Assembly (NCBI GenBank): GCA_019828565.1
Contig: JAHDYR010000066.1
Span: forward strand, 1-64,000
From: Carpediemonas membranifera BICM
Lineage: Eukaryota; Protista; Fornicata
Direction of reading: 5' to 3'
Length of the DNA stretch: 64,000 nt
The translations under genes were made by a program, and so were the position numbers. The notes below the pieces were generated by a model. It searched no databases. It was not told the origin of the DNA and worked only from the letters and a program-made list of their open reading frames with translations. Of this stretch, positions 10,684 to 22,599 are shown in pieces (within the stretch, counting starts at the first letter, position 1; every line of letters starts with the position of its first letter).

Positions 10684-12930
10684 ATGTCCTCGCACTCCGT
10701 ATCCTCCGAGGAGCCGCTAATCGGGAGTGGCGAGCATGAAATAGAACGTGATGACGTCAAGATGTCAGTCAGGCGAGGCCTTGATTCTATTCGGGGCTAT
10801 TTCAACCGTTCCAGAATGAGCTTCTTCTCTGACGACGAATCCGACGAGTCAGAGAGCCCCGTACAATACGCACAGGACTTTGCAACCGTAGACTGGGGCA
10901 CAGACTTCATGAATGCCCGCAGTAGCTACAAACTCGTGCTTCAGCACCCGTGGAACACCATTACCCTTGGCATCCCGCTCGCCTGGTACAAGATGCAGGG
11001 CTGGGTCTTCGTAGCTGTCATCGGCGTGTTCGCGGGCCTCTTTGCGACCATCATTGATGTCTCGGTCGACTTCTTCTCGTCGATCCGTCTCGGCGTCTGC
11101 AGCACGAACCCCCTCATCTCGCACACGCTCTGCTGCCCCGAGCACAGCGACAGCCACTGTGAGCATTGGGTCAAGTGGACGGACTACATGACCCAGCTCG
11201 GCTTCAGCCCCCGCCTCCGCTTCTTCTCGATGTGGGGCCTGTACGTGGGGTCGGCGATGCTCTTTGCTGGTCTCGCCGCACACTACGTAGCTGTATTCGC
11301 CCCGATGGCGGCGGGTTCTGGCATCCCCGAGGTGAAGACGATCCTGTCCGGGTTTGTCATCAAGCGCTTCCTCGGCTTCCGAGTGCTCATGATCAAGACA
11401 GTCGGCCTCGCCCTCGCCGTGTCCAGCGGCCTCATGCTCGGCAAGGAGGGCCCCATGGTGCACGTCGCGTCATGCATCGCCAATCTCATGTCCCGGTGCT
11501 CCAAGAAGTACCGCACCAACGAGAGCAAGAAGCGCGAACTTATATCATGCGCAGCTGCGGCTGGCGTGTCTGTCGCCTTCGGAGCACCCACGGGCGGTGT
11601 GCTCTTCTCGCTCGAGGAGGCCTCCACCTACTTCCCCCACCAGACGATGTGGAGGTCCTTCTTCTGCGCCGGTGTAGCCTCGCTCACTTTGCTGTGGGCC
11701 AACCCGCTGTACACGGGCAAGCTGGTGCTGTATGAAACAAAGTTCCACGGTACGTGGTCGCTGTTCGAGGTCGTCCCGATCATCGGGCTCGGTGTGGCAG
11801 GCGGGCTCATTGGGGCCGCATACATCAATGCCAACGTCTGGTGGACGAAGAACGTTAGGCGGCGCTTCTTTGCCCGACACAAGGAGCTCGACGCCATCCT
11901 CATTGCCGCGGTCATCGCCCTCGTGACGTTCGTCATCCCGCTGACGTCCGAGGCCAGCGTCTCTCACTACCTCGTCGGCACCTTCTACGAGTGCGGATCC
12001 ACCGCATCCCCCTCCTCCGTGCCCTCCGCCCTGTGCGCCGCAGAGTCATCATGGCGCGGCATGGCCGTCATGGTGCCCCAACTGCTTCTCATCGCCGGCC
12101 TCCACTTCGTATTCGCCGTTGTGACCTTCGGCGCGGGTGTCCCCGCCGGTCTCTTTGTCCCCTCGCTCGTCATTGGCGCGTCCCTGGGCCGGCTCGAGGG
12201 CCTGATACTGGGCCGTGTCGCCGAGTCGTTTGACGGCTTCTTCCCCTTCACTGAGTGCTCGACCCAGAGCATATGCGTCACCACAGGCATCCACGCCCTG
12301 CTAGGCGCCACTGCAGTGCTTGCCGGCGTCACCAGGATGACTGTGAGTCTCGTCGTCATCATCATGGAGCTCACCGGCAGCCTGGACCTTATCCTGCCAA
12401 TCATTCTCGTGGCCATCGTCGCCAAGTGGGTCGGCGACATCTTCGGCAAGGACTCCATCTACGAGCGGCACATCGAGCTCAACGGCTTCCCCTTCCTTAG
12501 CGGTGTCGACGACAAGCACTTCAAGGCGAACGAGATGATGAACGGAGGCCGGGGTGCTGGCGCCCTGGTGTCCATTGAGAGCGACTGCAAGGTACAACAG
12601 CTGGCAGAGATGACGGTCGCCCATCCCGACATTCGGGCACTCCCCATCGTCTCCAACGGTAGCCCCCTAGGCATCATACTCACACGCGGCCTGCTGGACA
12701 GACTCGCGTTGTATGAGAACGATGCCGCTATATCTTTCGCCAAGGACGGGCCTCCGGGCACCGTGGACCTCTCGGACATCGTTCAGTCGGCCGCCCTCCA
12801 GATCGCGGCGGACGTCCCGTTCGCTCGGGTCAAGCGGGTGTTCGAGAGCCTCGGAGCGGCCCGGCTGCTCGTGGTGAAGCAGGGAAAACTCATTGGTGTG
12901 GTCACTCGCAAGGATTTGTTCAGGGAGTGA
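10684..12930 (+). CDS. CLC-family Cl-/H+ antiporter (CLC-3/4/5-like) with CBS domains
   Basis: GSGIPE, GKEGP (gating Glu), FSLEE (proton Glu), GLFVP, GVTRMTVSLVVI, SIYE, C-terminal CBS pair. Likely ATG at 10684. Confidence 0.96.
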   Translation: MSSHSVSSEEPLIGSGEHEIERDDVKMSVRRGLDSIRGYFNRSRMSFFSDDESDESESPVQYAQDFATVDWGTDFMNARSSYKLVLQHPWNTITLGIPLAWYKMQGWVFVAVIGVFAGLFATIIDVSVDFFSSIRLGVCSTNPLISHTLCCPEHSDSHCEHWVKWTDYMTQLGFSPRLRFFSMWGLYVGSAMLFAGLAAHYVAVFAPMAAGSGIPEVKTILSGFVIKRFLGFRVLMIKTVGLALAVSSGLMLGKEGPMVHVASCIANLMSRCSKKYRTNESKKRELISCAAAAGVSVAFGAPTGGVLFSLEEASTYFPHQTMWRSFFCAGVASLTLLWANPLYTGKLVLYETKFHGTWSLFEVVPIIGLGVAGGLIGAAYINANVWWTKNVRRRFFARHKELDAILIAAVIALVTFVIPLTSEASVSHYLVGTFYECGSTASPSSVPSALCAAESSWRGMAVMVPQLLLIAGLHFVFAVVTFGAGVPAGLFVPSLVIGASLGRLEGLILGRVAESFDGFFPFTECSTQSICVTTGIHALLGATAVLAGVTRMTVSLVVIIMELTGSLDLILPIILVAIVAKWVGDIFGKDSIYERHIELNGFPFLSGVDDKHFKANEMMNGGRGAGALVSIESDCKVQQLAEMTVAHPDIRALPIVSNGSPLGIILTRGLLDRLALYENDAAISFAKDGPPGTVDLSDIVQSAALQIAADVPFARVKRVFESLGAARLLVVKQGKLIGVVTRKDLFRE

Positions 12931-13126
12931 GCAGCAGGCGGTCCCGCATCCTTAGGTAAAGTCACGCGTCGTTGGCCTAATCACGAGCGGTGTGATGGAT
13001 CACACGATGGGCGGTGGAACGATGCAGAAACCCTTCCGTACAACACGCTCTGTTGCCCTGAGGACGGGTCGGACAACGGACCTTAACCTGCGTGACTCGA
13101 CACAGAGTCGGAGTGTTCACGAGCCC

Positions 13127-14181
13127 ATGGTGGAGCCTACAGAGCCAACAGAGCCCGAAATGGTCGTTCTAAACGAACAAACTCTCCCAATGCTTGAGGG
13201 GAGCAGTGAGGAAGCCCCATTCGCCGAGCGGAAAAAGCTAGAGTTGAAGGGAAAGAGTTTGTTTCATCATATAGGCTTATTCCAGATATAACTGCGGTAG
13301 AACTGTCATCTAGCTCACTTATACATCTTTCTTTGCCGCTGAATAAGCTCGTCAGCCTTGAATTCCTCTCTGGCCTGAGGTCGCTCACAAAGCTTGATCT
13401 CTCGAACAACCCTGGGCTGAAGGACATCAAGCCTGTCTGCCAACTCACAGAGCTGCGTGTACTAGATATTTCGTTTACAAATGTGAAGCGGATTCCTTCC
13501 AGTTTTCAGAAGCTACTGAATCTCAAGGCGTTTATGGCCAAGAAGTGCCGCATCGGGACCAAGTACCTCAAGCACCTCAAGGGGTGCAAGGACCTGAACA
13601 CCATAGTCATCTCGGACAACCCCGACATCGTCGACATCTCACCGCTGACCGACCTCATCTTCCTCCGCAAGATTGCTGCTTCGAACTGTGGTCTCCTAGA
13701 GCTTCCGGACCTATCCCGCCTGTTCCGACTTACGGAACTGCGAATCATGGACAACAAGCTCTACCGCCTGCCCGAGGAGCTGTCCCGCTGCACCAGGCTC
13801 CGGATACTCGACGTCCGCCGCAACCCCCTCAAGGACTACGGCAACATTGAGCCCGTGGGCGAGCTCCATCTGATCCAGCTATACCTGGGGGCGACACCCC
13901 TGGCGATCCGAGCAGACTACCGTACCACGATCCTCAAGATGTGCGCCAGTCTGGCCATGCTCGACGGCCAGAAGATCGCTGAGACTAGCACCAGGCGCAG
14001 GCCTGGGTTAAAAATAGCCAACACTCCGAAGGCGAAGGATAGCGCCAAGGCGAAGGGGCCACAGAGGCGAAAGGCGCCTCAGACCAAGTCGACCAAGCGC
14101 GGTGGTGACGGGAAGGAGAGGACCGTGAAGGTGGAAAAGGCAGCCCCCCGCGTCACCACCGAGACGTCAGGGTGGGACTAA
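13127..14181 (+). CDS. SDS22-like leucine-rich-repeat protein with LRRcap and basic tail (2 exons, intron 13257-13285)
   Basis: LxxLDLSxN repeats and DYRTTILKMCASLAMLDG cap. The 29-nt GTTTGT...TTCCAG intron joins ORFs 12992 and 13333 in frame. Start codon uncertain. Confidence 0.8.
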
Positions 14182-14359
14182 TGATAAATATCCGGATCAC
14201 GGCAGTGTTTATGATCGGAGCGGGACAGGATCCGGACAATGCTCTCACGGAGACAGACGGGGGCCATGTGCGGCTCGCGATGACCCTGCTAGCTTGGCTC
14301 GCCACGGCATAACCCTCGAATTCTTCGGCAGAGTCAAATTTCGGCAGAAGGCTGGGAAG

Positions 14360-17300
14360 ATGCTGAGAGGTCGCGAACAGGGAGACGAAAGCCCATTTAG
14401 AAGTAGCCTACGCGATCTATCCCAATCAACATTGCGTACCAGCAGCCACTTGTCATCAACGACCATTGCAGAGGGCACGGCGGTCCTCGATGAGCTCACT
14501 CGTGGCGCCCAGGCACTCGAGCAGGTCCTGAGATCAGTAGAAACAGCGCAGAAGCGACGTGGGTCCCTATCAACGACACCAAAGAGCTCTGTGCGGCATC
14601 GTACGCCAACGCTGTCTCCACTCTCGCTGCCCCCGTCGGTACAGTCGGACCTCCGTCAGCGCGTCGAGGAGATTGAGTCCAGCGCCCGCACAACAGACGT
14701 CGAGGCCCGGTTAGAGTCGATGACACTCGCGCTAGACGAGGCGAGGTCAGAGGTGGCACTGCTGAAGGACGAAAAGCAGGAGCTCAAAGACGAAATCGGC
14801 CGCCTGAAGCAGCAGATAGATGCTGCAGTCGACGGGCAGGAGTCCGAGGTCGCAGAGCTGCTGGCGGCCAGCACCGAGATGCAGGCACAGTGCATCGCCC
14901 TACAGACGGAGATCGAGGGCCTTGAGGGCCAGGTTGCCGAACTTCGCGAAGAGAAGGCCGCGCTTGAAGCCCGCTTTGAAGAGTCCGCCGATCGCGAGTC
15001 ATCCAACACCGAGCTCGAGAACGCCCTCGCCGAACTTCGCGAGGAGAAGGCCGCGCTTGAAGCCCGCCTTGAAGAGTCCGCCGATCGCGAGTCATCCAAC
15101 ACCGAGCTCGAGAACGCCCTCGCCGAACTTCGCGAGGAGAAGGCCGCGCTTGAAGCCCGCCTTGAAGAGTCCGCCGATCGCGAGTCATCCAACACCGAGC
15201 TCGAGAACGCCCTCGCCGAACTTCGCGAGGAGAAGGCCGCGCTTGAAGCCCGCCTTGAAGAGTCCGCCGATCGCGAGTCATCCAACACCGAGCTCGAGAA
15301 CGCCCTCGCCGAACTTCGCGAGGAGAAGGCCGCGCTTGAAGCCCGCCTTGAAGAGTCCGCCGATCGCGAGTCATCCAACACCGAGCTCGAGAACGCCCTC
15401 GCCGAACTTCGCGAGGAGAAGGCCGCGCTTGAAGCCCGCCTTGAAGAGTCCGCCGATCGCGAGTCATCCAACACCGAGCTCGAGAACGCCCTCGCCGAAC
15501 TTCGCGAGGAGAAGGTCGCGCTTGAAGCCCGCCTTGAAGAGTCCGCCGATCGCGAGTCATCCAACACCGAGCTCGAGAACGCCCTCGCCGAACTTCGCGA
15601 GGAGAAGGCCGCGCTTGAGATCCAACTGGCAGCCCCCGACCCATCCTCCGCCGTAGAGCTAGAGGCGCTCCTGTCAAGCCTCCGCGCCGACCTCGACACG
15701 GCCCACACTCAGGCCGACGAGGCGATGCAGGATAAGGCCCGACTCGAGAAGGCCTTGTTGGATGCCGCGACACAATTCGACGGCATGAGGGGCGGCCTGG
15801 AGAAGGCGCTGCTGGAGAAGGCGGTCGTCAGCGCACGTGTGGCCGAGCTGGAGGCCCTGGTCGCGGCAATGGAGGCTGATAAGGCGCAGGACGACGACGA
15901 TAGGGCCGCGAGAGAGGCCGCGGAGCGTGAGGCGAGGATAGCGGAGACGGAGGCGAGGCTCCAGGTCGCACTAGAGGAGAAGGCCGAGGCCGAGGCCGAA
16001 GCAGCGCAGGCGAAGGCGGCCAAAAAGGCACTGGAGGATAACGCACGCCACCTCTCGGAGATCACCGACACACAGAGACAGGCGGGGGATGACGCGTCCG
16101 CAGCCAACGCCAGGCTGCAGTCGCTGGCCGACTCCCTTACGGCCACGCTGGCCCAGCAGGAGGAGGACATCGCCGCCCTCAAGGACAAGGCCTCGCTCCT
16201 CCGGGCCGACAAGGCTGCCGCCGAGACCAAGCTGGCCACAGTTAGCGTCGACTTTGACGCCGCGCTTGCCAGGCTCGACCGCGTCTCGGCAGCCGCCAAG
16301 GAGACGAAAGCAAAGCTCGAGACTAAGCTGGAGCAGGCGCTCGAGGCCAGAGTTGACCTAGAGACAGCCGCGGCCCTCGATGCCCGCGCCAAGGTCGATC
16401 TCGAGGCGCGACTTGAGGAGACGACCGCTGAGCTCAAGACGACCAGGGACGAGTTGGAACCCCAGCTGGCCGCCCTGAAGGAGGAGCGGGCGGCACTACG
16501 GACGCGGGTGGCCGTACTCAGCGAGACGACGGGCGACCTCGAAGACAGGCTGGAGAAGGCGATGGCCGATGCCAAGGCAGCTAAGGTCAGCGCTGACGCC
16601 TGCATCGCCGCTCTGTATGACGAGAAGACTGAGCTCGAGACCACCAACGCCACTGCGGTCGAGGAGGCCAGCTCCCTCCGCACCAGACTGGCCCGTGCCA
16701 CCGAAGACGCGACACAGACCGTTGCTGACCTCGAGAGTCAGCTTGCCGACTTCCGGACGACTCGGGATCGACTCAAGACTCAACTCGCAGTCGCTACCGA
16801 GACGAGCGATGACCTCAACGCCCAACTGGTGGCCGCGGACAAGGCTCTGCAGGAGGCCAGGACGGCGCACAGGGCCGAGGCGGCCGAGCTGAGGGCGGCG
16901 AACGATGACCTCGCCGACCAACTCGCCAGTGCCGTCAAGGACGCCAAGGAGGCGAAGGCCGGCCTCGGGGCGCGTGTGGCCGAGCTTGAGGCTGCCAATG
17001 AGGACCTGGCGGGGCGACTTGGTGAGACAGAGCAGGAGCTACTGGACGCGGAGACGGCCATCAAGCAGCTCGACGACGAGCGGGCGGCTCTCGAGTACAG
17101 CCTGGAGACCGCGGCGGCGGACCGGGAGGCAGCCGAGCAGGGCCTGCAGCAGAGGCTGGCCGACATGAGCACCGAGAAGGCCTCGCTTGAGTCAAGTCTC
17201 GAGCGGTCCGTCCACGGGCTCCGATCGGGAGAGGTCGCCCTCAAGCAGCGTCTGGCGGAGATGAAGCAGGCGTTGCTCCAGGCCGATGGCCGGGTCGCTT

Positions 17301-19270
17301 CGTTGGCTGAGGACAACGAGTTGCTGCGATCCAAGGTCGAGCAGTATGAGGCCGAGCTCAGCAAAGTTGCCCAGGACCTCGAGGCCAAGGTCGAGCAGCT
17401 CTCGGAGGAGCGCACGACGCTCGTCTCTCAGCTTGCGGCCATGACCGAGGCGAGGGGCCGTCTGCAGACTCAGCTGGAGTCAGCCGAGCGGGGCCTCCGG
17501 TCGGCCCAGGCGGAGCTCGACACCAAGGTCGATGCCCTACGGACAACAAACGCAGAGCTGAAGACCCAGCTGGCCGTGATCACCGAGGACCGGGCGGGTC
17601 TCCAGGACCGACTCGAGGCGCTGACTCAGGACCATGACACAACTCGGTCTGGGCTGCGGAGTCGGTTGGACGAGTTGCTGGATGAACGGGCCGAGATGAA
17701 GGTCAAGGCCGGTGTGCTCGAGGAGGCGAATGTCGTGCTCGAGAGGAAGGTCGCAGATCTCAACACCGCGATGGAGGGCGTGCGGGCGGAGCTGAAGCAG
17801 ACTGAGGAGGAGCTCGAGGCCGCCAAGACTGCGCTCAGCAGTACGTCTGCCGCGTCCGACGAGACCTCCGCCCAGCTGACCAAGCAGGTGCAGGCGCTGA
17901 AGACAGAGCTCGACGTGCTGGCCGCCCGAGCCGAGTCCGACATGGAGGCCGCTGAGAAGGTGCACACCGCCGCTATCGACCGTCTCAACGCAGAGAAGGC
18001 CGACCTTGAGACCAAGCTTGCCGTGTCGACGTCCGAGGCCACCTCCCTGCGGACCCAGCTGGACGACACGCGGCACGGACACAAGTCTGCCCAGGGCACC
18101 CTCGAGCAGCGCATGACAGCCGCTACTGAACAGGCAACAGCGCTTGAGACCCAGCTCGCTGTTGTCACGAAGGAGCGCGACACCCTCGCGGCCCGACTTG
18201 CCGAGGATACAGCCGCCAACAAGGAGACTGTGGCCGACTTGGAGCAGAGGCTGGTGTCGCTGGCCGCTGCCAAGGCCGCCCTGACCCGGGACCTGGGCGT
18301 CGCCCGGTCCGAGGCGGCCGACGCCCAGAGCAGACTGGAGGCGCTTACCGGCCAGCACGCTGAGGTCAGAGCCGAGCTGGCCGCGGTGAAGGAGGCGAAG
18401 GCGGGGCTCGAGGACCGCCTTGCAAACCAGACCCAGCGGTCCGACGCCATGAAGGCCGACCTCACCGGACGTATCGACACGCTCATCCACGAGAGAGACG
18501 AGAAGGCCACCCTCCTCGCCCACACAGGCGACGAGACAGCGGCCCTCATGGCGCAGGCGGAGAGCCTGACCGACGCCAACGCCGGTCTCGAGGCACACAT
18601 TGTTGCCCTGACGAAGCGTCTGGCCGACCTGCAGGCCGACCTCGACGCCAAGGAGGCAGAGGTCGAAAGACTCAAGGCCGACGTCGCCCACGTTGAGACA
18701 GCTCGCGCCGAGGTCAGGGCCCGGTTCGAGGAGCAGACATCATACATCAAGGTGTCGCAGCCGCAGATGGAAGGGGAGGTGAAGCGGCTCAAGGAGCAGA
18801 TCGCGAGCCTCCAGATGGTTCTCGAGGACGAGCGGCGCGGCAAGGTCGATGCTGAAGCTGCCTCTGCCGAGGCCCAGCACACGATCAACGCACTCCAAGC
18901 CCGACTCGACGCGGCACTGACCCGCCTGCACGCCACAGAGATGGAGCTCAGCGACGAGAAGGAGACGGCGAGACAGCTGGCCGTGGCCAAGGTCCGGGAC
19001 CACAGCATGCGGCTGACACAGGCCGAGTTGGACGAGACGTTCGAGACGATGACGGCCGACCAGGTCCGGGCCGAGGGGGTGTTGACCACAGCGCAGTGCG
19101 AGATTGCGCGGCTATCGGCGACGTTGGGCACGACGAGAGCTCGGCTGTCGCAGGCTGAGCATGCGCTCAAGGCGACGGCCCAGCTGCGGGAGTCCGCGGG
19201 CCGGCTCATCGCGGTGAGGCAACGGAAGTCGGCGGCGTCCAGCACCACGCTGTCGCCATCGATGCTCTAG
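14360..19270 (+). CDS. Large coiled-coil protein with 31-aa tandem repeats
   Basis: About 1630-aa ORF with A/E/L/K-rich heptad pattern and no enzymatic motifs. Confidence 0.85.
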   Translation: MLRGREQGDESPFRSSLRDLSQSTLRTSSHLSSTTIAEGTAVLDELTRGAQALEQVLRSVETAQKRRGSLSTTPKSSVRHRTPTLSPLSLPPSVQSDLRQRVEEIESSARTTDVEARLESMTLALDEARSEVALLKDEKQELKDEIGRLKQQIDAAVDGQESEVAELLAASTEMQAQCIALQTEIEGLEGQVAELREEKAALEARFEESADRESSNTELENALAELREEKAALEARLEESADRESSNTELENALAELREEKAALEARLEESADRESSNTELENALAELREEKAALEARLEESADRESSNTELENALAELREEKAALEARLEESADRESSNTELENALAELREEKAALEARLEESADRESSNTELENALAELREEKVALEARLEESADRESSNTELENALAELREEKAALEIQLAAPDPSSAVELEALLSSLRADLDTAHTQADEAMQDKARLEKALLDAATQFDGMRGGLEKALLEKAVVSARVAELEALVAAMEADKAQDDDDRAAREAAEREARIAETEARLQVALEEKAEAEAEAAQAKAAKKALEDNARHLSEITDTQRQAGDDASAANARLQSLADSLTATLAQQEEDIAALKDKASLLRADKAAAETKLATVSVDFDAALARLDRVSAAAKETKAKLETKLEQALEARVDLETAAALDARAKVDLEARLEETTAELKTTRDELEPQLAALKEERAALRTRVAVLSETTGDLEDRLEKAMADAKAAKVSADACIAALYDEKTELETTNATAVEEASSLRTRLARATEDATQTVADLESQLADFRTTRDRLKTQLAVATETSDDLNAQLVAADKALQEARTAHRAEAAELRAANDDLADQLASAVKDAKEAKAGLGARVAELEAANEDLAGRLGETEQELLDAETAIKQLDDERAALEYSLETAAADREAAEQGLQQRLADMSTEKASLESSLERSVHGLRSGEVALKQRLAEMKQALLQADGRVASLAEDNELLRSKVEQYEAELSKVAQDLEAKVEQLSEERTTLVSQLAAMTEARGRLQTQLESAERGLRSAQAELDTKVDALRTTNAELKTQLAVITEDRAGLQDRLEALTQDHDTTRSGLRSRLDELLDERAEMKVKAGVLEEANVVLERKVADLNTAMEGVRAELKQTEEELEAAKTALSSTSAASDETSAQLTKQVQALKTELDVLAARAESDMEAAEKVHTAAIDRLNAEKADLETKLAVSTSEATSLRTQLDDTRHGHKSAQGTLEQRMTAATEQATALETQLAVVTKERDTLAARLAEDTAANKETVADLEQRLVSLAAAKAALTRDLGVARSEAADAQSRLEALTGQHAEVRAELAAVKEAKAGLEDRLANQTQRSDAMKADLTGRIDTLIHERDEKATLLAHTGDETAALMAQAESLTDANAGLEAHIVALTKRLADLQADLDAKEAEVERLKADVAHVETARAEVRARFEEQTSYIKVSQPQMEGEVKRLKEQIASLQMVLEDERRGKVDAEAASAEAQHTINALQARLDAALTRLHATEMELSDEKETARQLAVAKVRDHSMRLTQAELDETFETMTADQVRAEGVLTTAQCEIARLSATLGTTRARLSQAEHALKATAQLRESAGRLIAVRQRKSAASSTTLSPSML
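14936..15618 (+). repeat. 93-bp coding tandem repeat, about 7.3 near-identical copies
   Basis: Unit GCCGAACTTCGCGA... recurs every 93 bp (14936, 15029 ... 15587) and encodes AELREEKAALEARLEESADRESSNTELENAL. Confidence 0.97.
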
Positions 19271-19657
19271 TTGTCTAGGCCGTACGACCATGTATTTTAA
19301 AGACCTCGGGTGTCCGGATGATGCGATCAGCACCTTATTCTGCACGCAGTGATGCCACCGTTGCGGGTATAGCGTTATGTCATGTCTATCTCGTTGGATC
19401 TGCCGTATGATTTGAAATCGATCACCAAATCGTGCGATCGTATCGCGGCAGTCACCCTGGGGATCGGAGAAAAGAGGACAACCCCGTATATATGCCGCCA
19501 GATACGGCCCGGCTGGCAGATTCTGGGATCCTGGGAGGTTGTATACAATATCCAGCGACCACTTTGACCATCGTTGAAAGTCGCGACAGTTCAAACTCTC
19601 GCTGGCCAGGTTTGTGGCAATCCCGTTGCACCATTACATAGATCGCTGCACTCAACA

Positions 19658-22544
19658 ATGTCCAAAACAGTGTGTAACCATCATACATGCGTTTTTTGCT
19701 CTTACACAGCTTGCTAAGGTAGCTACCCTCGACGGCAACTCTGCCGTCGCCAAGGTTGCATATCACATGTCCGAGACCGCGTTTATCTTCCCCATCACCC
19801 CTTCCACTCCCATGGGTGAGATGGCGGACGCTTGGTCTGTCCAGGGCAAGAAGAATGCCTTTGGTGATACCCTCACCATCCGCCAGATGCAGTCCGAGGC
19901 CGGTGTCGCTGGTGCCGTTCACGGCTCGTGCGTCAACGGCTCCATTACCAGCACGTTCACGTCCTCCCAGGGCCTCCTCCTCATGATTCCCAACATGTTC
20001 AAGATAGCCGGCGAGCTCAACCCCTGCGTGTTCCACGTTCCCGCCCGTTCCATCGGTGGCCAGGCCGCCAACATCTTCAACGATCACACGGACGTCATGA
20101 CGGCCGCCCGCCCCTCTGGGTTCGCGATGCTGAACTCGACTGACGTTCAGGAGGCGCACGACCTTGCTCTGATCGCCCATGTCGCCTCCCTCAAGGCCTC
20201 CCTCCCCTTCCTCCACTTCTTCGACGGCATGCGCACGTCCCATGAGATCCAGAAGATCTCTGTGATCCCCGAGGCCGTCATGGACGAGATGGTGCCACAC
20301 GATGCCATCGCCGCCTTCAGGAAGAAGAGCACCCACCCCGAGCACCCCACGTACCGCGGCACCCTCCAGGGCCCCGACACCTACATGCAGGGCGTCGAGC
20401 GCGGCGAGGAGTACTACCGTAAGCTGCCTGGCATCGTGCAGGCGGCCATGGACGAGTTCGCCGAGAAGACTGGCCGTCATTACCACCTCTTCGACTACGT
20501 CGGCCACCCCAAGGCCGATAAGGTCGTCGTCGTCCTCGGGTCCGCTGCCTGCGCCGCCGAGGAGGCTGTCGACGCACTCAACGCCCGCGGCCAGAAGGTG
20601 GGCCTCGTTAAGGTCCGCCTCTTCCGCCCCTTCGACGCCGACGCCTTCATGGCCTCGCTGCCCAAGTCGGTCAAGTCGATCGCCGTCCTCGACCGTGTGA
20701 AGGAGGCCGGCGCCTTCGCCCAGCCCCTCTTCGGCGAGGTCTCAGCCGCCATCCAGCTCGCCGAGAAGAAGTGCACCACCGTCGGCGGCCGCTTCGGCCT
20801 TGGTGGCCGTGACACGAGCCCCGCGGACATCATGGCGGTCTTCAAGCACCTCGAGCAGAAGAAACCTGCCCACAACTTCACCGTCGGCATCAACGACGAC
20901 ATCTGCCACACCAACCTGGCCCGGTACCCCGAGGAGATCGACTGCGTCCCCGAGGGCACCGTGCAGTGCATGTTCTGGGGCCTCGGGTCCGACGGGACCG
21001 TGGGGGCCAACAAGAGCGCCATCAAGACGCTCGGCGAGAACACTGACCTCTACGCCCAGGGCTACTTCTCCTACGACGCCAAGAAGTCCGGCGGCATCAC
21101 GATCTCCCACCTCCGCTTCGGCCCCAAGCCCATCAAGTCGGCGTACATGATCCGCACCGCTGACTACGTCGCCTGCCACCAGCCCTCGTACATGGGCCGC
21201 TACGGACCCCAGATCGTCCGCCCCCTGCGCGAGAGAGGCACTTTCGTCCTCAACGCGCCCTGGAAGACCGTCGAGGAGCTCGAGGCGCACATCCCCGCCG
21301 ACGTCCGCCGCACCCTCGCCGAGAAGAACGCCCAGTTCTTTGTCGTCGACGCCGCCGCCCTGGCCGAGTCTGTCGGCCTCACGGGCCGCGTCAACAACAT
21401 CATGCAGGCCGCGTTCTACCAACTGGCCAACGTGCTGCCCATCGAGGAGGCCATCTCCCTCCTCAAGGGCGACATCGAGAAGTCGTTCAAGATCAAGGGC
21501 CAGGACGTCGTCGAACGCAACTGGAAGGCAGTCGACGCTGCCCTCGGCGGCCTCGTGAAGGTCGACATCCCCGAGCACTGGCGCAAGGCCGAGGCCTCTG
21601 AGGACACGGTCCACGGCATCGAGGACCCCTTCGCCGACACGCCCGAGGACACCGAGTTCTTCCGCACGGTCGCCCGCCCCATCCAGCGCATGCAGGGCGC
21701 CTCACTGCCCGTGTCGATCATGCCCGAGGGCGGCCAGATCCCCAACGGCTCGAGCAAGTACGAGAAGCGCAGCATCGCGTACACGATCCCCATCTGGAAC
21801 CCCGACAACTGCATCCAGTGCAACCTGTGCTCCCTGTCGTGCCCCCATGCCGCCATCCGCCCCTACCTCCTCACACAGGAGCAGGCCGACGCCGCCCCCG
21901 AGGGCTTCACCACCATCAACGCCAAACCCAAGAAGCTCGGCGCCCAGTTCCGCATCCAACCCTCGCCCCTTGACTGCGTCGGCTGCGGCCTGTGCATTGA
22001 GCAGTGCCCCGCCGACGCCCTCTCCTTCGACCTGCTCGACAAGGTCAAGGAGGAGCAGAAGAAGCTCTACGCCTACGCCAACGACCTCCCCCTCCGCGAG
22101 GACGCCATGGACAAGTTCTCCGTCAAGGGCTCCCAGTTCCAGAAGCCCCTGGTCGCCCAGGTCTCCATGGCCGATCCCGCCCACATGCTGCGGTGCCTGA
22201 AGGAGGCCGAGTCCTTCCCCGGCCCCTCCCTCATCAACTACCTCTCCCCCTGCATCGGCTGGGGCGTCGCGGGCGGCCTCGCCAAGAATGTCGAGACAGC
22301 CAAGCACATGGTCGCCGCTGGCATGTGGAACCTTTGGTCGTACGACCCCCGCAAGGGCGACACCACCGCCGACCGCGTCGAGATCGCGTCCGAGCCCACC
22401 TTCGACCTCGAGACCGTCATGAACGAGCAGCTTCGCTTCCACACCCTGAAGGGTGCCCACCGCGATGAGCTCGTCGCTGCCCTCGAGAAGGACGTCCGGA
22501 AGAAGTGGGGCAAGCTCCAGGCTCTCAAGGAGATGCAGGTTTAA
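19658..22544 (+). CDS. PFO: Pyruvate:ferredoxin oxidoreductase with internal in-frame deletion (intron 19670-19709)
   Basis: LDGNSAVA, FIFPITPSTPM, QMQSEAG, TFTSSQGLLLMIPN, FDGMRTSHE, FWGLGSDGTVGANK, two ferredoxin motifs (CIQCNLCSLSCP, CVGCGLCIEQCP), YLSPCI. A 40-nt intron GTGTGT...TTACACAG gives the start MSKT-LAKV. Confidence 0.95.
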
Positions 22545-22599
22545 ACCCGTATAAACGAAATGTATTCTGATGCCTTGGTCGCCAGTCAGCATTCAAGTT

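Noticed and set aside
14936-15618. CRISPR-like array
   Set aside because: Head-to-tail units with no unique spacers, in frame within a coiled-coil CDS.
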